A stretch of DNA of 62,641 bases from Desulfopila sp. (GCA_046260685.1 JBHEOR010000003.1:1-62641), one strand, 5' to 3'. Counted from the first letter of the stretch, positions 40,431 through 49,906 are shown. The notes: generated from the letters alone by a model not told the origin. Numbers and translations are program-made.

Positions 40431-40518
40431 AAAACCGCCATTGTAGAAACGCAGCAGCGCCAATCCAATCAGTGGTCAAGGCACCCTCTACTCAATCGAT
40501 TACATTCAAGTAGTTACT

Positions 40519-41553
40519 ATGGATACACTGCGACTTTTGAAACAAGCAGGCTTGAAACATACCACGAACCTGCTTCTGCTCTATTGTATGAAGAAGCGGT
40601 TATTACCATTGAACTCTCTAAAAAGTGCACCTCTTTTTGCCTCGGTAAAACTCACCGATGCCTGTAACTCAAAATGCATAACCTGCAGTATCGACGGTGT
40701 TAAAAAATCCTCGGAACTCTCCACCAGGCAAGTTTTCCACACCCTGTATCAGCTGCATCAATGCGGCATTCGCTTTATCAGATTCACCGGGGGAGAGCCG
40801 CTTTTGCGCCGGGACCTGGAAAGCTGCATAGAAGAAGCTGCCAGGCTCGGCTTTAAGAGAATTTATATCGCCACCAACGGCCTGCTGCTCGAACAAAAAT
40901 CCACGCAGCTCAGTAAAGCAACGAACATCACCGTCTCGGTGGACGGAATCGGAGCAACCAATGATCACATCAGAGGTGTACCCGGCAGTTTTAAAAAGTC
41001 AATCAATGGTATCCGTAAACTGAAAAGCGATCATCCGGCAATTGATATCGAAATTGCCACCACCCTGCTTGCCGCAAATCTTGGAGAAACCGAGCACCTC
41101 ATTTCGGTGTGCCGGGAACTGGAGATCCAATGGTTTGTCAATCTCTTCGATACGCACCTGTATTTCTTCCAGGATATTGCCGGCACCCAGCTTGAGGCGC
41201 GGGAAACTGAACGTATCGAGGCGGCTCTGGCTTCTATCCGGCAGGCACATGCAGCGACACCGGCAGCATTCTCCTTCGGCAGACGACAAATAGATACCAT
41301 GGCAGAGTACCTTCTTCATGGGCGTTTTCCCCGCTATTGCATTCTGGGCTTTACCAATGTCGATATCGCACCAAACGGCGATGTCTATTCGGGATGCTGG
41401 GCAATGGTGCCGATGGGCAACATCCATGAGGAGTCACTGCACGTCATACTGAGCTCGGAGGATTACAGGCGGCGAATTAAACAGATGCTTTTGCGAAAAT
41501 GTCCGCAATGTACCTGCGGATGGATGGTCAACAGCCTCTATGAACAGCTCTGA
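40519..41553 (+). CDS. Radical SAM protein with C-terminal SPASM/Twitch-like domain
   Basis: CNSKCITC, FTGGEPLLR, TNG and SVDG; C-terminal C...NGDVYSGC...GNI...CPQCTC. Confidence 0.9.
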   Translation: MDTLRLLKQAGLKHTTNLLLLYCMKKRLLPLNSLKSAPLFASVKLTDACNSKCITCSIDGVKKSSELSTRQVFHTLYQLHQCGIRFIRFTGGEPLLRRDLESCIEEAARLGFKRIYIATNGLLLEQKSTQLSKATNITVSVDGIGATNDHIRGVPGSFKKSINGIRKLKSDHPAIDIEIATTLLAANLGETEHLISVCRELEIQWFVNLFDTHLYFFQDIAGTQLEARETERIEAALASIRQAHAATPAAFSFGRRQIDTMAEYLLHGRFPRYCILGFTNVDIAPNGDVYSGCWAMVPMGNIHEESLHVILSSEDYRRRIKQMLLRKCPQCTCGWMVNSLYEQL

Positions 41554-41611
41554 GAGCCAAACAGGGCGACTTTGCTTCTTCGTCGAATGACATCTATTTG
41601 CTCAACTCTTA

Positions 41612-41663
41612 GGGTTCGCTCAAAAATACGGTTGCAAATGTGAAGTTATTTTTGAGCGGACCC
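41612..41663. mobile_element. 52-bp palindromic miniature element, copy 1
   Basis: TTA|GGGTTCGCTCAAAAATA-N18-TATTTTTGAGCGGACCC|TTA. The right TTA is the sqdB stop codon. Confidence 0.8.
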
Positions 41664-42878
41664 TTAGTTTGCCAGCGGCATTTCCCTGCCCTCCCGGTCC
41701 TCCGGAATAGCATCGGTCCAACGGCTGGTGCAGATAATCCTGGACGTATCGCACCGGTGTTTATACCTCCTGGCAATATCGAGGACCTCTTCGAGCAGAC
41801 CGTTTTTCAGAGTAACCGGCTCCAGCCCCAGTTCAAGAAACTTTTTATTCTGCACCTTGAGACTGTTTTCAGAGTCTTCCTTGCGCGGGTTGATATAGTA
41901 CCTGATCGTGGCACCTGTCAAATCAGCGATGAGCGTGGCCAACTCTTTAACCTTGTGCACTTCGGTGGCCTGGTTGAATATGTTGACCCGCTCAAAGGTT
42001 TTCGGCGGATGTTCAACAGCCAGCCTGATGCATTTCACCGTATCACGGATATGAATGAACGCTCTGGTCTGGCCGCCGGTACCATGGATCGTCAAAGGAT
42101 GATCAATGGCCGCCTGCATTAAAAAACGGTTTAACACCGTGCCGTAATCACCGTCATAATCGAAGCGATTGACCAACCGCTCATCCAGCAGGGTTTCGTC
42201 GGTATTGGTTCCCCAGACAATCCCCTGGTGCAGATCTGTTATGCGTATGCCGTCATTTTTGTTGTAATAGTAGAACATCAGGGCATCCTGGGTTTTTGTC
42301 ATATGGTAGATACTGCCGGGATTTGCCGGATAGAGGATCTCGAAATCCCTGGTCCTGCCGTCATTATCTTCCACCATCACATTCAGATAGCCTTCCGGAA
42401 TATCCATGCCCGCCGTGCCGTAACCATAGACTCCCATGGTGCCGAGATGGACCAGGTGCACGTCCTCGCCTGATTCAGCTATGGCCGCCAGTATGTTATG
42501 CGTGGCATTGATATTGTTATTGACAGTATAGCGCTTGTGGTAGGAGCTTTTCATGGAGTACGGCGCGGCCCGCTGTTCGGCAAAATGAATAACGGCCCGG
42601 GGCTTGTGCTGCCGTATCAATGTCAACAGCTTGTGGTATTGCAAGGCCGCATCCAGGTTGACAAATTCTATATGGTTGCCGGTTACTTCCCGCCAGGCCT
42701 CTATGCGTTTACTCAAAGGCTGAATGGGCGTCAGCGAATCGCATTCAAGCTCCACATCTATTTTTCTTCTGGAAAGGTTATCGACGATTATGACATCGTA
42801 TCCCGCTTCGGAAAAATAGAGACTGGTGGGCCATCCGCAAAAACCATCGCCTCCAAGAACAAGTATTTTTTTTGACAT
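41664..42878 (-). CDS. sqdB: UDP-sulfoquinovose synthase
   Basis: VLGGDGFCGWPT, HFAEQRAAPYSM, HLGTMGVYGY, PGSIYHMTK, DLHQGIVWG and RFDYDGDYGTVLNRF. Confidence 0.93.
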   Translation of the reverse strand: MSKKILVLGGDGFCGWPTSLYFSEAGYDVIIVDNLSRRKIDVELECDSLTPIQPLSKRIEAWREVTGNHIEFVNLDAALQYHKLLTLIRQHKPRAVIHFAEQRAAPYSMKSSYHKRYTVNNNINATHNILAAIAESGEDVHLVHLGTMGVYGYGTAGMDIPEGYLNVMVEDNDGRTRDFEILYPANPGSIYHMTKTQDALMFYYYNKNDGIRITDLHQGIVWGTNTDETLLDERLVNRFDYDGDYGTVLNRFLMQAAIDHPLTIHGTGGQTRAFIHIRDTVKCIRLAVEHPPKTFERVNIFNQATEVHKVKELATLIADLTGATIRYYINPRKEDSENSLKVQNKKFLELGLEPVTLKNGLLEEVLDIARRYKHRCDTSRIICTSRWTDAIPEDREGREMPLAN

Positions 42879-42988
42879 TGCAGCTCCTTTCAATTGATAA
42901 CAACCCAGCAGATCGATTTCAGGTCCGCCTATCTGCCGGCATTTTCTCCGGTAACAGACAGCACTAAAACACTCCAGGATTAGAGTAC

Positions 42989-43016
42989 CGTTATACCTTT
43001 GTAATATTCATGTTGG
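42989..43016 (-). promoter_or_regulatory. Putative PhoB/PhoP-type direct repeats upstream of sqdB
   Basis: Minus strand CCAACA-N5-ATTACA-N5-ATAACG (11-bp period). Confidence 0.5.
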
Positions 43017-43250
43017 CTGGGTGGCACAGCTACCGGGAGGATCAACTGAACAGCAAGGATGCCGGCGCCGATTTTGAAAACCGCAAAAAGACGCCATTCG
43101 ACCATTGCCGGCATACAGCGATTACTGCAAAAGCATACCTGCAGTAACATTTTCCTAATAAACAACTCATTATTTTAAAATATTGGAGGGGTATTGTTGT
43201 ATCAGGTGAAGCGAAAATACAAGAGGTATTCAAACGAAAACGGGGTATCC

Positions 43251-43406
43251 ATGGTGGCTTTAAGCATTGTACTCGCCCTTCTGCTTGTCGGGCTCCTCGC
43301 ATGTGTCCATATCTTCTTTATACCCATACCTCCCAAGGCCAGGCTCCTTTGCCAAGCATGGACCTGGGCCGAAGGGAAAGCGCCCTCAAAAGGCAATAAC
43401 AGATAG
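43251..43406 (+). CDS. Possible small single-TM protein (51 aa)
   Basis: MVALSIVLALLLVGLLACVHIFFIP hydrophobic segment; preceded by GTAACA-N5-CTAATA at 43144-43160. Confidence 0.3.
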   Translation: MVALSIVLALLLVGLLACVHIFFIPIPPKARLLCQAWTWAEGKAPSKGNNR

Positions 43407-43540
43407 TATCAGTTATTCCGGCAAATACGAATATCCCGGATGCTTCCGGATAACAGACTATCCTCATGCCGGCAGCAGCCACACACAAATCCGTTGCCAC
43501 GACTGATTTTTTTTGATAGTTGCGGCGGTTTTTTGTTTGT

Positions 43541-44881
43541 CTAAAAGTGATACTGCAGGGTAATGGTGTAGTAATTGCTGCCGCCTTCGACGTTGCCGAA
43601 CACCGACGAGCTGCCGAAGATGCCGGAACGGTGATGGATGGAGTAGCCCAGCCAGACATCATTCATGGAGTCAAGGCCGGTGATGTCACCAAGTTCCAGT
43701 TCCAGGGAGAGATCGAGGTAGAGCAGCCAGTTACTGGCCTCGATATTCTTATCATCCATATTGGTCTGCTCAATGTAGCTGATATCTGCAGCGTAGGAAA
43801 GTCCCTCCCCCACACCGAAACGCCAGGTCACCGGCCAGTCAAAGGTATAGAAATGCTTAAAGGCCAGAACATATTCCTGGCTCGATTGCTGGACATCGGA
43901 ATGCCAGTGCCATACCGCACCCGGTGTCAGGTAGCTCTGGATCGGCAGGCCAAAGAGATCATCTGCCAGGGGGTGCCCGTAAAAGATGGAGGTGAGCTGA
44001 TTATTCTCCTCATCCTTTTGGCTGTCAAAGGAGAGGATATCTCTGAGGTCGGACGGGGTGGCCCAGCCATGGGCAAAACGCAAAAAGGGTTTTGCGTCTA
44101 CAGCTGATTTGCGGATGGTGGTATTACCGTGGTGATAGCCGACTCCGACAAAGATATTGTGCTGGAAATCATCCTCCACAAAGATTGAACCGCGGGCATT
44201 GCTGTCAAGCCACGTGGCCTCCACCGATGCCAAAAGAAACACATCCTCAACCAGGGGAGCTCTGGTCTCCACACCCAAACTGATATCCAGTCCGGAGCCT
44301 ATGTCATCAACGCCGAGGCCGTAGTAATAATCGTTGAAGCGCGAGTCTTTCAGACGCAGGTTGATATAGGGGTCAACAATGAACACTCCCTCCCGCATCA
44401 CCATACCTGTCCGCCAGTTAGAGGAGAGGCGCTGACGTCGGTCAGCCATGATATTGGCCTCAAAATAGAGTGGTATATTGTCGGGCTGGTAGCGCAGCTG
44501 GAGGCCCCAGTCAAGTACATCGGTGTCGATCAGGTGGGCGTACTCATCATCCGGTACATCAAAAAAGCGCCGGCGGGCCAGGAGGCGCAAATGGTACTCG
44601 TCGGCCGTCAGCAGTTTGAGACCACCCTCCAGGCCCTCGAGATAGAGATATTCATCCTCGTAGTAAAATAGCGGGATGAGGTCATAGAGACTGGAGGATG
44701 CACCCTTGAATGGCGTGGAAGCCACCCGCACGCCAAAACCGAGGCCCCACCTCTGCTCCTTATACTCGATGATCGATTGGCCGATAGCGGTATCGGACTC
44801 CGTGATCTCTAGGGCCATGACAAGGCACGGCAGGCAGGGGATGAGGGCGAGCCAGCAGATACCTTTCAAAAATGTGTTCAT
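43541..44881 (-). CDS. MipA/OmpV-family outer membrane protein with a second C-terminal barrel-like domain
   Basis: Signal peptide, GLGFG....PFKG, FNDYYYG; C-terminal IHHRSGIFG...GGSNY and a terminal Phe. Confidence 0.8.
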   Translation of the reverse strand: MNTFLKGICWLALIPCLPCLVMALEITESDTAIGQSIIEYKEQRWGLGFGVRVASTPFKGASSSLYDLIPLFYYEDEYLYLEGLEGGLKLLTADEYHLRLLARRRFFDVPDDEYAHLIDTDVLDWGLQLRYQPDNIPLYFEANIMADRRQRLSSNWRTGMVMREGVFIVDPYINLRLKDSRFNDYYYGLGVDDIGSGLDISLGVETRAPLVEDVFLLASVEATWLDSNARGSIFVEDDFQHNIFVGVGYHHGNTTIRKSAVDAKPFLRFAHGWATPSDLRDILSFDSQKDEENNQLTSIFYGHPLADDLFGLPIQSYLTPGAVWHWHSDVQQSSQEYVLAFKHFYTFDWPVTWRFGVGEGLSYAADISYIEQTNMDDKNIEASNWLLYLDLSLELELGDITGLDSMNDVWLGYSIHHRSGIFGSSSVFGNVEGGSNYYTITLQYHF

Positions 44882-45232
44882 GGTACATACCCAAACACGC
44901 TGATAAAAAAGGCTGCAGCGTTTACCAGGAGTTCAAACACTGAAAACATCTTGTTTTTCAGCCAACAGGATGACAAAAATATCGACTCCCAAGAGGCTAG
45001 AGCAACATAACAGATTCTTAATCAATTTTCATCACTTTCCAGTAATGGCCCGGGCAGTCAAGGCCGGCGATATGCCCTTTTGGTACCTGCAGACTCCGAT
45101 ATCACTTATCTGCCGCCCATGGTTCAATTTTTAGAGCGCCTCGACGTAGAACAGGAAAGTGAACACGTTAAAAATCGGTGGAAAATCTCCTTTCTGGACA
45201 GACACTGAAATAAGAACCTTTCCTGTTTTCTC

Positions 45233-45262
45233 TTGACAGTCACGGAGATTTTAAACTATACA
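45233..45262 (+). promoter_or_regulatory. Putative sigma70 promoter of the cytochrome c operon
   Basis: TTGACA-18 nt-TATACA. Confidence 0.4.
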
Positions 45263-45374
45263 AGCATGAATGTAGATGGCTGATCGGTACCTTGTGCCGT
45301 ACCGCTCACAATCCTTAGGGTCCGTATAATTTATTGTATGCGCTATCCACTCTTTCAGTGAGGACACCGAAAAG

Positions 45375-46076
45375 ATGAAGAAATTTCAAGCGGCTACCAT
45401 CATTCTTGTCTTGGCCGGCATCGGAGCAGTGCTGCTGGTAGCCAACGGAATGACACAGCAGACGGCAACCACCGATGAGACCTATGATGAAGCCGAATAC
45501 GGACCCCAAGCACCGATTGTATGGGAAACGCCCGTTCATGCCATGTTCAGCCATTACAGCCACACCAGCATGGGTTTTTCCTGCGAGGACTGCCATTTTG
45601 AGCTTTTTGAAATGGAAGAGGGCGCCGTCCTTGAAGCAGGCGACTTCACCATGGCGGCCTTTGCCGAGGGAAAATACTGCGGTCAATGCCACGACGGCGG
45701 CATGGCTTTCAGTACCACCACCCAATGCGGCGCCTGCCATAACGCTCCCGACGAGCCGGTGGTCTTCACCTATCCCGTAAAAGCGGTCGTCTTCGACCAT
45801 GACATCCATGTCGAACGCGGCAATATCGCCTGCGAAAGCTGCCACAAGGAAGTTTTCGAGATGAAAAGAGGTACCGTTGAGGAGCAGGAACGGCACAACA
45901 TCGATACCGAAGAGGGCAAACGCGAGTATCTAGAGAGACTGCATGCCCGCTATTGTGGCACCTGCCACGACGCCGACCACGCCTTCGGCTACCTGACCAG
46001 GTGTACCGTCTGCCATATCGGCGTAAAGGAATACCAGAAGTTGCAGGAAAAAAGAGGTGAGAGCACCAGCGATTAA
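45375..46076 (+). CDS. Periplasmic hexaheme cytochrome c (two c7-like triheme modules)
   Basis: CEDCH, CGQCH, CGACH, CESCH, CGTCH, CTVCH; FSH..H and FDH..H distal ligands; N-terminal signal or anchor. Confidence 0.92.
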   Translation: MKKFQAATIILVLAGIGAVLLVANGMTQQTATTDETYDEAEYGPQAPIVWETPVHAMFSHYSHTSMGFSCEDCHFELFEMEEGAVLEAGDFTMAAFAEGKYCGQCHDGGMAFSTTTQCGACHNAPDEPVVFTYPVKAVVFDHDIHVERGNIACESCHKEVFEMKRGTVEEQERHNIDTEEGKREYLERLHARYCGTCHDADHAFGYLTRCTVCHIGVKEYQKLQEKRGESTSD

Positions 46077-46172
46077 TCATTGTTGCAGGGGGAGATAAAG
46101 ACGTTTTGTCCTGTCAGTACCGATGAACCACGACACGGTCACACCATCAACGACCAGCATACAGGTGAGCTT

Positions 46173-47480
46173 ATGATTGGCACAAAGGTGAATATATCCA
46201 AGAGATGGGGCTTTCAAGGAGTGCAGGCCCTGAAAAATTCGAGCATGGCATACAAGATGGCGATGGCCTCTTTCGCCCTGCTGACCCTGGCCGGGCTTGG
46301 CGTCGGAGCCCATGCCTATTTCGCCGGCTATCATCATGTCTACAACGTCACCCGTGAAATAATATGGGGTCATCTGATCGCCGCCTATATTTTCTGCGTT
46401 GTCACCTCAACCGGGCTGTGTATCGTCTCTTCCTTCGGCCACGTTTTCGGCGGCGAGGCTTTCATGCCGATAGCTAAGAGAACGGTATTTCTCTCCATAA
46501 TCTTTATGCTCGGCGGTTTTGTGATCCTCTTTTTCGAAATCGAAAATCCTTTCCGCATGTTTTTGTATAACGTCATCTCACCAAACCTGACCTCCAACCT
46601 CTGGTGGATGGGGACACTCTACGGCGCCTATCTGGTTTTCATGATGATTGAATACTACTTTTTGCTGGAACAAAACCATTCCATTTCCAGGATCATGGGA
46701 TTTTTCGGTTTGGTTGTGGGAATCGCCGCGCACAGCAATCTCGGGGCCATCTTCGGCATGCTCCATGGTCGCCCTTTCTGGTATGGTCCCTACCTGCCCA
46801 TCTATTTTATTTTTTCCGCCGCCATGTCCGGCGGCTGCGCGGTACTGTTCTTCACCACACTGGCCTGGAAAATCAACCCCGAAATCATGAACCAGCGCAT
46901 GGAACGGGCCATGAGGGCCATCTGTCAATTGACCATCTATTTTATCGCGGTCATCTTTTTCTTTACTGTCTGGAAAATTATCACAAGTTCTGTCTCCCAC
47001 GGTAAGGCAATGGTCATACTCTCTCTGGTTGCAGGTGATTACGCCTTCAGCTTCTGGGTTTTTGAAGTGCTGCTCGGCATGGTCATCCCCATGTTTCTGC
47101 TTATCCGCTCCCGCGGCAACAATCTCAACATGATGCTGGTTGCCTCTGGACTGATGATGGTGGGAATCTTTTTCATGCGCTACAATATCGTCATTCCCGG
47201 TCAGATGTTCTCGGTCTACCATGACCTCGGTGTGGAAGAGGCCATGGGGAAGATCGACTACATGCCTTCCTTTCATGAAATCGTCATTTCTGTCTGCGGC
47301 ATGACCTTTGTCATGCTGGACTATCTGGTCGGCGAAAAGGTGCTCAACGGCCATCAACTTGAAAAACATGAGATTGTACCGGAGGGCGGTTATGTCTGCC
47401 CCGGTTGCGGCGGTATCCATTATATGCTTGAGGATGAAACCCAAGAAGAGGCCATGAAGCGGCACCACAAGATCTTGTGA
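46173..47480 (+). CDS. NrfD/PsrC-family membrane subunit
   Basis: WG.LIAAYIF.V..STG, SPNLTSNLWWMG.LY, many TM helices and MRYNIVIPGQ. Start set at ATG 46173 behind an AGGTGAG RBS. Confidence 0.9.
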   Translation: MIGTKVNISKRWGFQGVQALKNSSMAYKMAMASFALLTLAGLGVGAHAYFAGYHHVYNVTREIIWGHLIAAYIFCVVTSTGLCIVSSFGHVFGGEAFMPIAKRTVFLSIIFMLGGFVILFFEIENPFRMFLYNVISPNLTSNLWWMGTLYGAYLVFMMIEYYFLLEQNHSISRIMGFFGLVVGIAAHSNLGAIFGMLHGRPFWYGPYLPIYFIFSAAMSGGCAVLFFTTLAWKINPEIMNQRMERAMRAICQLTIYFIAVIFFFTVWKIITSSVSHGKAMVILSLVAGDYAFSFWVFEVLLGMVIPMFLLIRSRGNNLNMMLVASGLMMVGIFFMRYNIVIPGQMFSVYHDLGVEEAMGKIDYMPSFHEIVISVCGMTFVMLDYLVGEKVLNGHQLEKHEIVPEGGYVCPGCGGIHYMLEDETQEEAMKRHHKIL

Positions 47481-47536
47481 TCACCATAGCATGACATGCA
47501 GAACCAAAAAATCGCGAAACCAAGGAGTCTTTGTCC

Positions 47537-48349
47537 ATGAAATTTCCTGTCATAGATACCCTGAAAAATGAAGGAACGGCATCCGTCACCTCACAAGAGA
47601 GACGAAAATTCCTGAAATGGGGATTTGCCATCGCCGGAGTATATGCCGGAGGCAGGATTCTCTCACTCACGTCCCTGGTGGCCACCGGCCACGCCTCATC
47701 GGGAAGACCGATAGTAGAACAATACCCCCACAATCCGCACTACTCCATGGTTATCCGCCAGGCACTCTGCATCAATTGTGAACTGTGCGTCGAGGCCTGC
47801 AACACGACAAATAATGTACCGGCTCCTGAATATCGCACCAGGATTCTGACCAAAAAGTTCACTGGCACCCTGGACAAACAGGTGGAATTTATTCCGGTGC
47901 TCTGCAACCAATGCAACAACGCGCCCTGTTACCGCGGCTGTCCGACCAAGGCAACCTACAAGGATGCGGTCACAGGCATTGTTATGATGGACCACAAAAA
48001 ATGCATAGGCTGCAAAAGCTGCATGCTGGCCTGTCCCTATGACGCCCGCTATTTCAGCGAGAATCACCGGGCCATCGACAAGTGCGACTTCTGCTGGGAA
48101 AAACGGCTCTCCAAAGGAGAAACGCTCACCGCCTGTTCCGCCGCCTGCCCTACGGGTACACGTACCTTCGGCAATATTGCAGATCCGGATGATGTGGTCT
48201 ACAAACTGGTGCACCAGATAGAAGAGGCCGTCTGGGTGCTTCGACCGGAAGACAACACCAAACCCAACATCTTCTACATGAAAGGCAATATGATCTCGGT
48301 TGATAATATTCTCAAAGGGCAGAGCTTGAAATTCTCCAACCCTTCATGA
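47537..48349 (+). CDS. Tat-exported 4x[4Fe-4S] protein (NrfC/PsrB/DsrO-like)
   Basis: Twin-arginine ERRKFLK; CINCELCVEAC, CNQCNNAPCYRGCP, CIGCKSCMLACP and CDFC...CSAACP. Confidence 0.92.
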   Translation: MKFPVIDTLKNEGTASVTSQERRKFLKWGFAIAGVYAGGRILSLTSLVATGHASSGRPIVEQYPHNPHYSMVIRQALCINCELCVEACNTTNNVPAPEYRTRILTKKFTGTLDKQVEFIPVLCNQCNNAPCYRGCPTKATYKDAVTGIVMMDHKKCIGCKSCMLACPYDARYFSENHRAIDKCDFCWEKRLSKGETLTACSAACPTGTRTFGNIADPDDVVYKLVHQIEEAVWVLRPEDNTKPNIFYMKGNMISVDNILKGQSLKFSNPS

Positions 48350-48416
48350 CCTGCAGGCCCCAGAATACCGGCCCGGTCCATTTTCCCTGGACGCACCGTC
48401 CTGGCTGTCGGGCTTA

Positions 48417-48468
48417 GGGTTCGCTCAAAAATACGTTCGCAAATGTGAGGTTATTTTTGAGCAGACCC
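48417..48468. mobile_element. 52-bp palindromic miniature element, copy 2
   Basis: TTA|GGGTTCGCTCAAAAATA-N18-TATTTTTGAGCAGACCC|TTA. The right TTA is the phoH stop codon. Confidence 0.8.
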
Positions 48469-49800
48469 TTAAAGAAGATTGCTGGCAAGTTCGGCCAGTG
48501 CGGAGCGCTCTCCCTTGCGCAGATCTATGTGGGCGTAAATGGCTTGGCCCTGCATGCGGTTGATCAGATAGCTCAAACCGTTGGACCGACTGTTGAGATA
48601 GGGATGATCAATCTGATAAATGTCCCCGGTAAAGACAATCTTGGTCCCCTCCCCGGCACGGGTAATAATCGTTTTGACCTCATGAGGGGTAAGATTCTGG
48701 GCCTCATCAACGATCATATATATCCTGTCCAGGCTGCGGCCCCGCATATATGCAAGAGGTTCGATGCAGAGCTTACCTTCCTCCAGAATCTTATGGAGGC
48801 GCTGGTGCATCTCGCTTTTTTCGGGAAACTGCCCGCGAATAAAGGCCAGGTTGTCATGAAGCGGCTGCATATACGGGTTGAGTTTTGACTGAATATCACC
48901 CGGAAGATAGCCGATATCCTTATTAGAAAGGGGAATAATCGGACGGGTCAGCATTATTTTGCGGTAGTTTTTACGCTCTTCCAGGGCAGCGGCAAGCGCA
49001 AGAAGGGTCTTCCCCGTACCCGCTTTTCCGGAAAGCGTGACCAGGGGCAGTGATGGATCGAGCAGGGCATGCGCGGCGAAGGTCTGCTCTGCATTCCGCG
49101 GGACGACGCCGTACAGTATTTGCTTTTCGATGCGCTGTATTGTCGTGCCGCTGCCGTCAAACGTGGCCAGAGCCGACCTGCTGCCGTTGCGCAGAACCAA
49201 GAACTCATTGGGGCAGAGCTGTCTGGCGCCCCCCATTTCCGTCACGCTGACCCCATCGCTCTGTGAATATAAATTTTCCAGAAATTCAGCGGAGACATGT
49301 TCCTCGTACCGGCATCCGGAATAGAGCATGTCCGGATCCGGTATATTGTCGGTGGTGTAATCTTCTGCAAGCAGACCCACGGAACGCGCTTTCATACGCA
49401 GGTTGACATCCTTGCTCACCAGGACAACCTGCGTATCCGCGTTTTCCAGCGAAACGTAATATCCGATATTGAGTATCTGATGGTCCTTTTTGCTGAAATC
49501 AAGGGAGATGGCGATGAGATCATCGTGCATCTCCCGCTCCAGGCGTATGAATAAACGCCCCTTGCCTTCTCCCAGGCTCATACCGCCATTGAGCATCTCC
49601 TCCGAGCTGAGACTGTCCAGAGAACGAACAAATTCCCGGGCATGATAGTTGATTGTCTGATTTCCTTTTTTAAAACCGTCCAACTCTTCAAGAACGGTAA
49701 TAGGAAGTATAATATCGTGTTCTTCAAAATGATTGATACAGGTACTGTCATGGAGAATCACATTGGTGTCGAGAATGAAGAATTTACGTTTTTGAACCAT
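48469..49800 (-). CDS. phoH: PIN-PhoH (PhoH2-type) ATPase
   Basis: PIN motifs FILDTNVILHD and VSKDVNLR. PhoH motifs GKAGTGKT, IGYLPG, YMRGRS, DEAQN and GDIYQID. Confidence 0.92.
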   Translation of the reverse strand: MVQKRKFFILDTNVILHDSTCINHFEEHDIILPITVLEELDGFKKGNQTINYHAREFVRSLDSLSSEEMLNGGMSLGEGKGRLFIRLEREMHDDLIAISLDFSKKDHQILNIGYYVSLENADTQVVLVSKDVNLRMKARSVGLLAEDYTTDNIPDPDMLYSGCRYEEHVSAEFLENLYSQSDGVSVTEMGGARQLCPNEFLVLRNGSRSALATFDGSGTTIQRIEKQILYGVVPRNAEQTFAAHALLDPSLPLVTLSGKAGTGKTLLALAAALEERKNYRKIMLTRPIIPLSNKDIGYLPGDIQSKLNPYMQPLHDNLAFIRGQFPEKSEMHQRLHKILEEGKLCIEPLAYMRGRSLDRIYMIVDEAQNLTPHEVKTIITRAGEGTKIVFTGDIYQIDHPYLNSRSNGLSYLINRMQGQAIYAHIDLRKGERSALAELASNLL

Positions 49801-49873
49801 ATCTTTCCTGGGATGAAGTTGAATAAACAGGTACAAATACCGGGGCTGGCCAAATTAAGTCGCTTGCCTTATA

Positions 49874-49899
49874 AGTAGATACAGTAGATACAGTAGAAC
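49874..49899. repeat. Tandem repeat AGTAGATAC x~3
   Basis: agtagatac agtagatac agtagaac, between pyk and phoH. Confidence 0.7.
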
Positions 49900-49906
49900 A
49901 GGAGAT

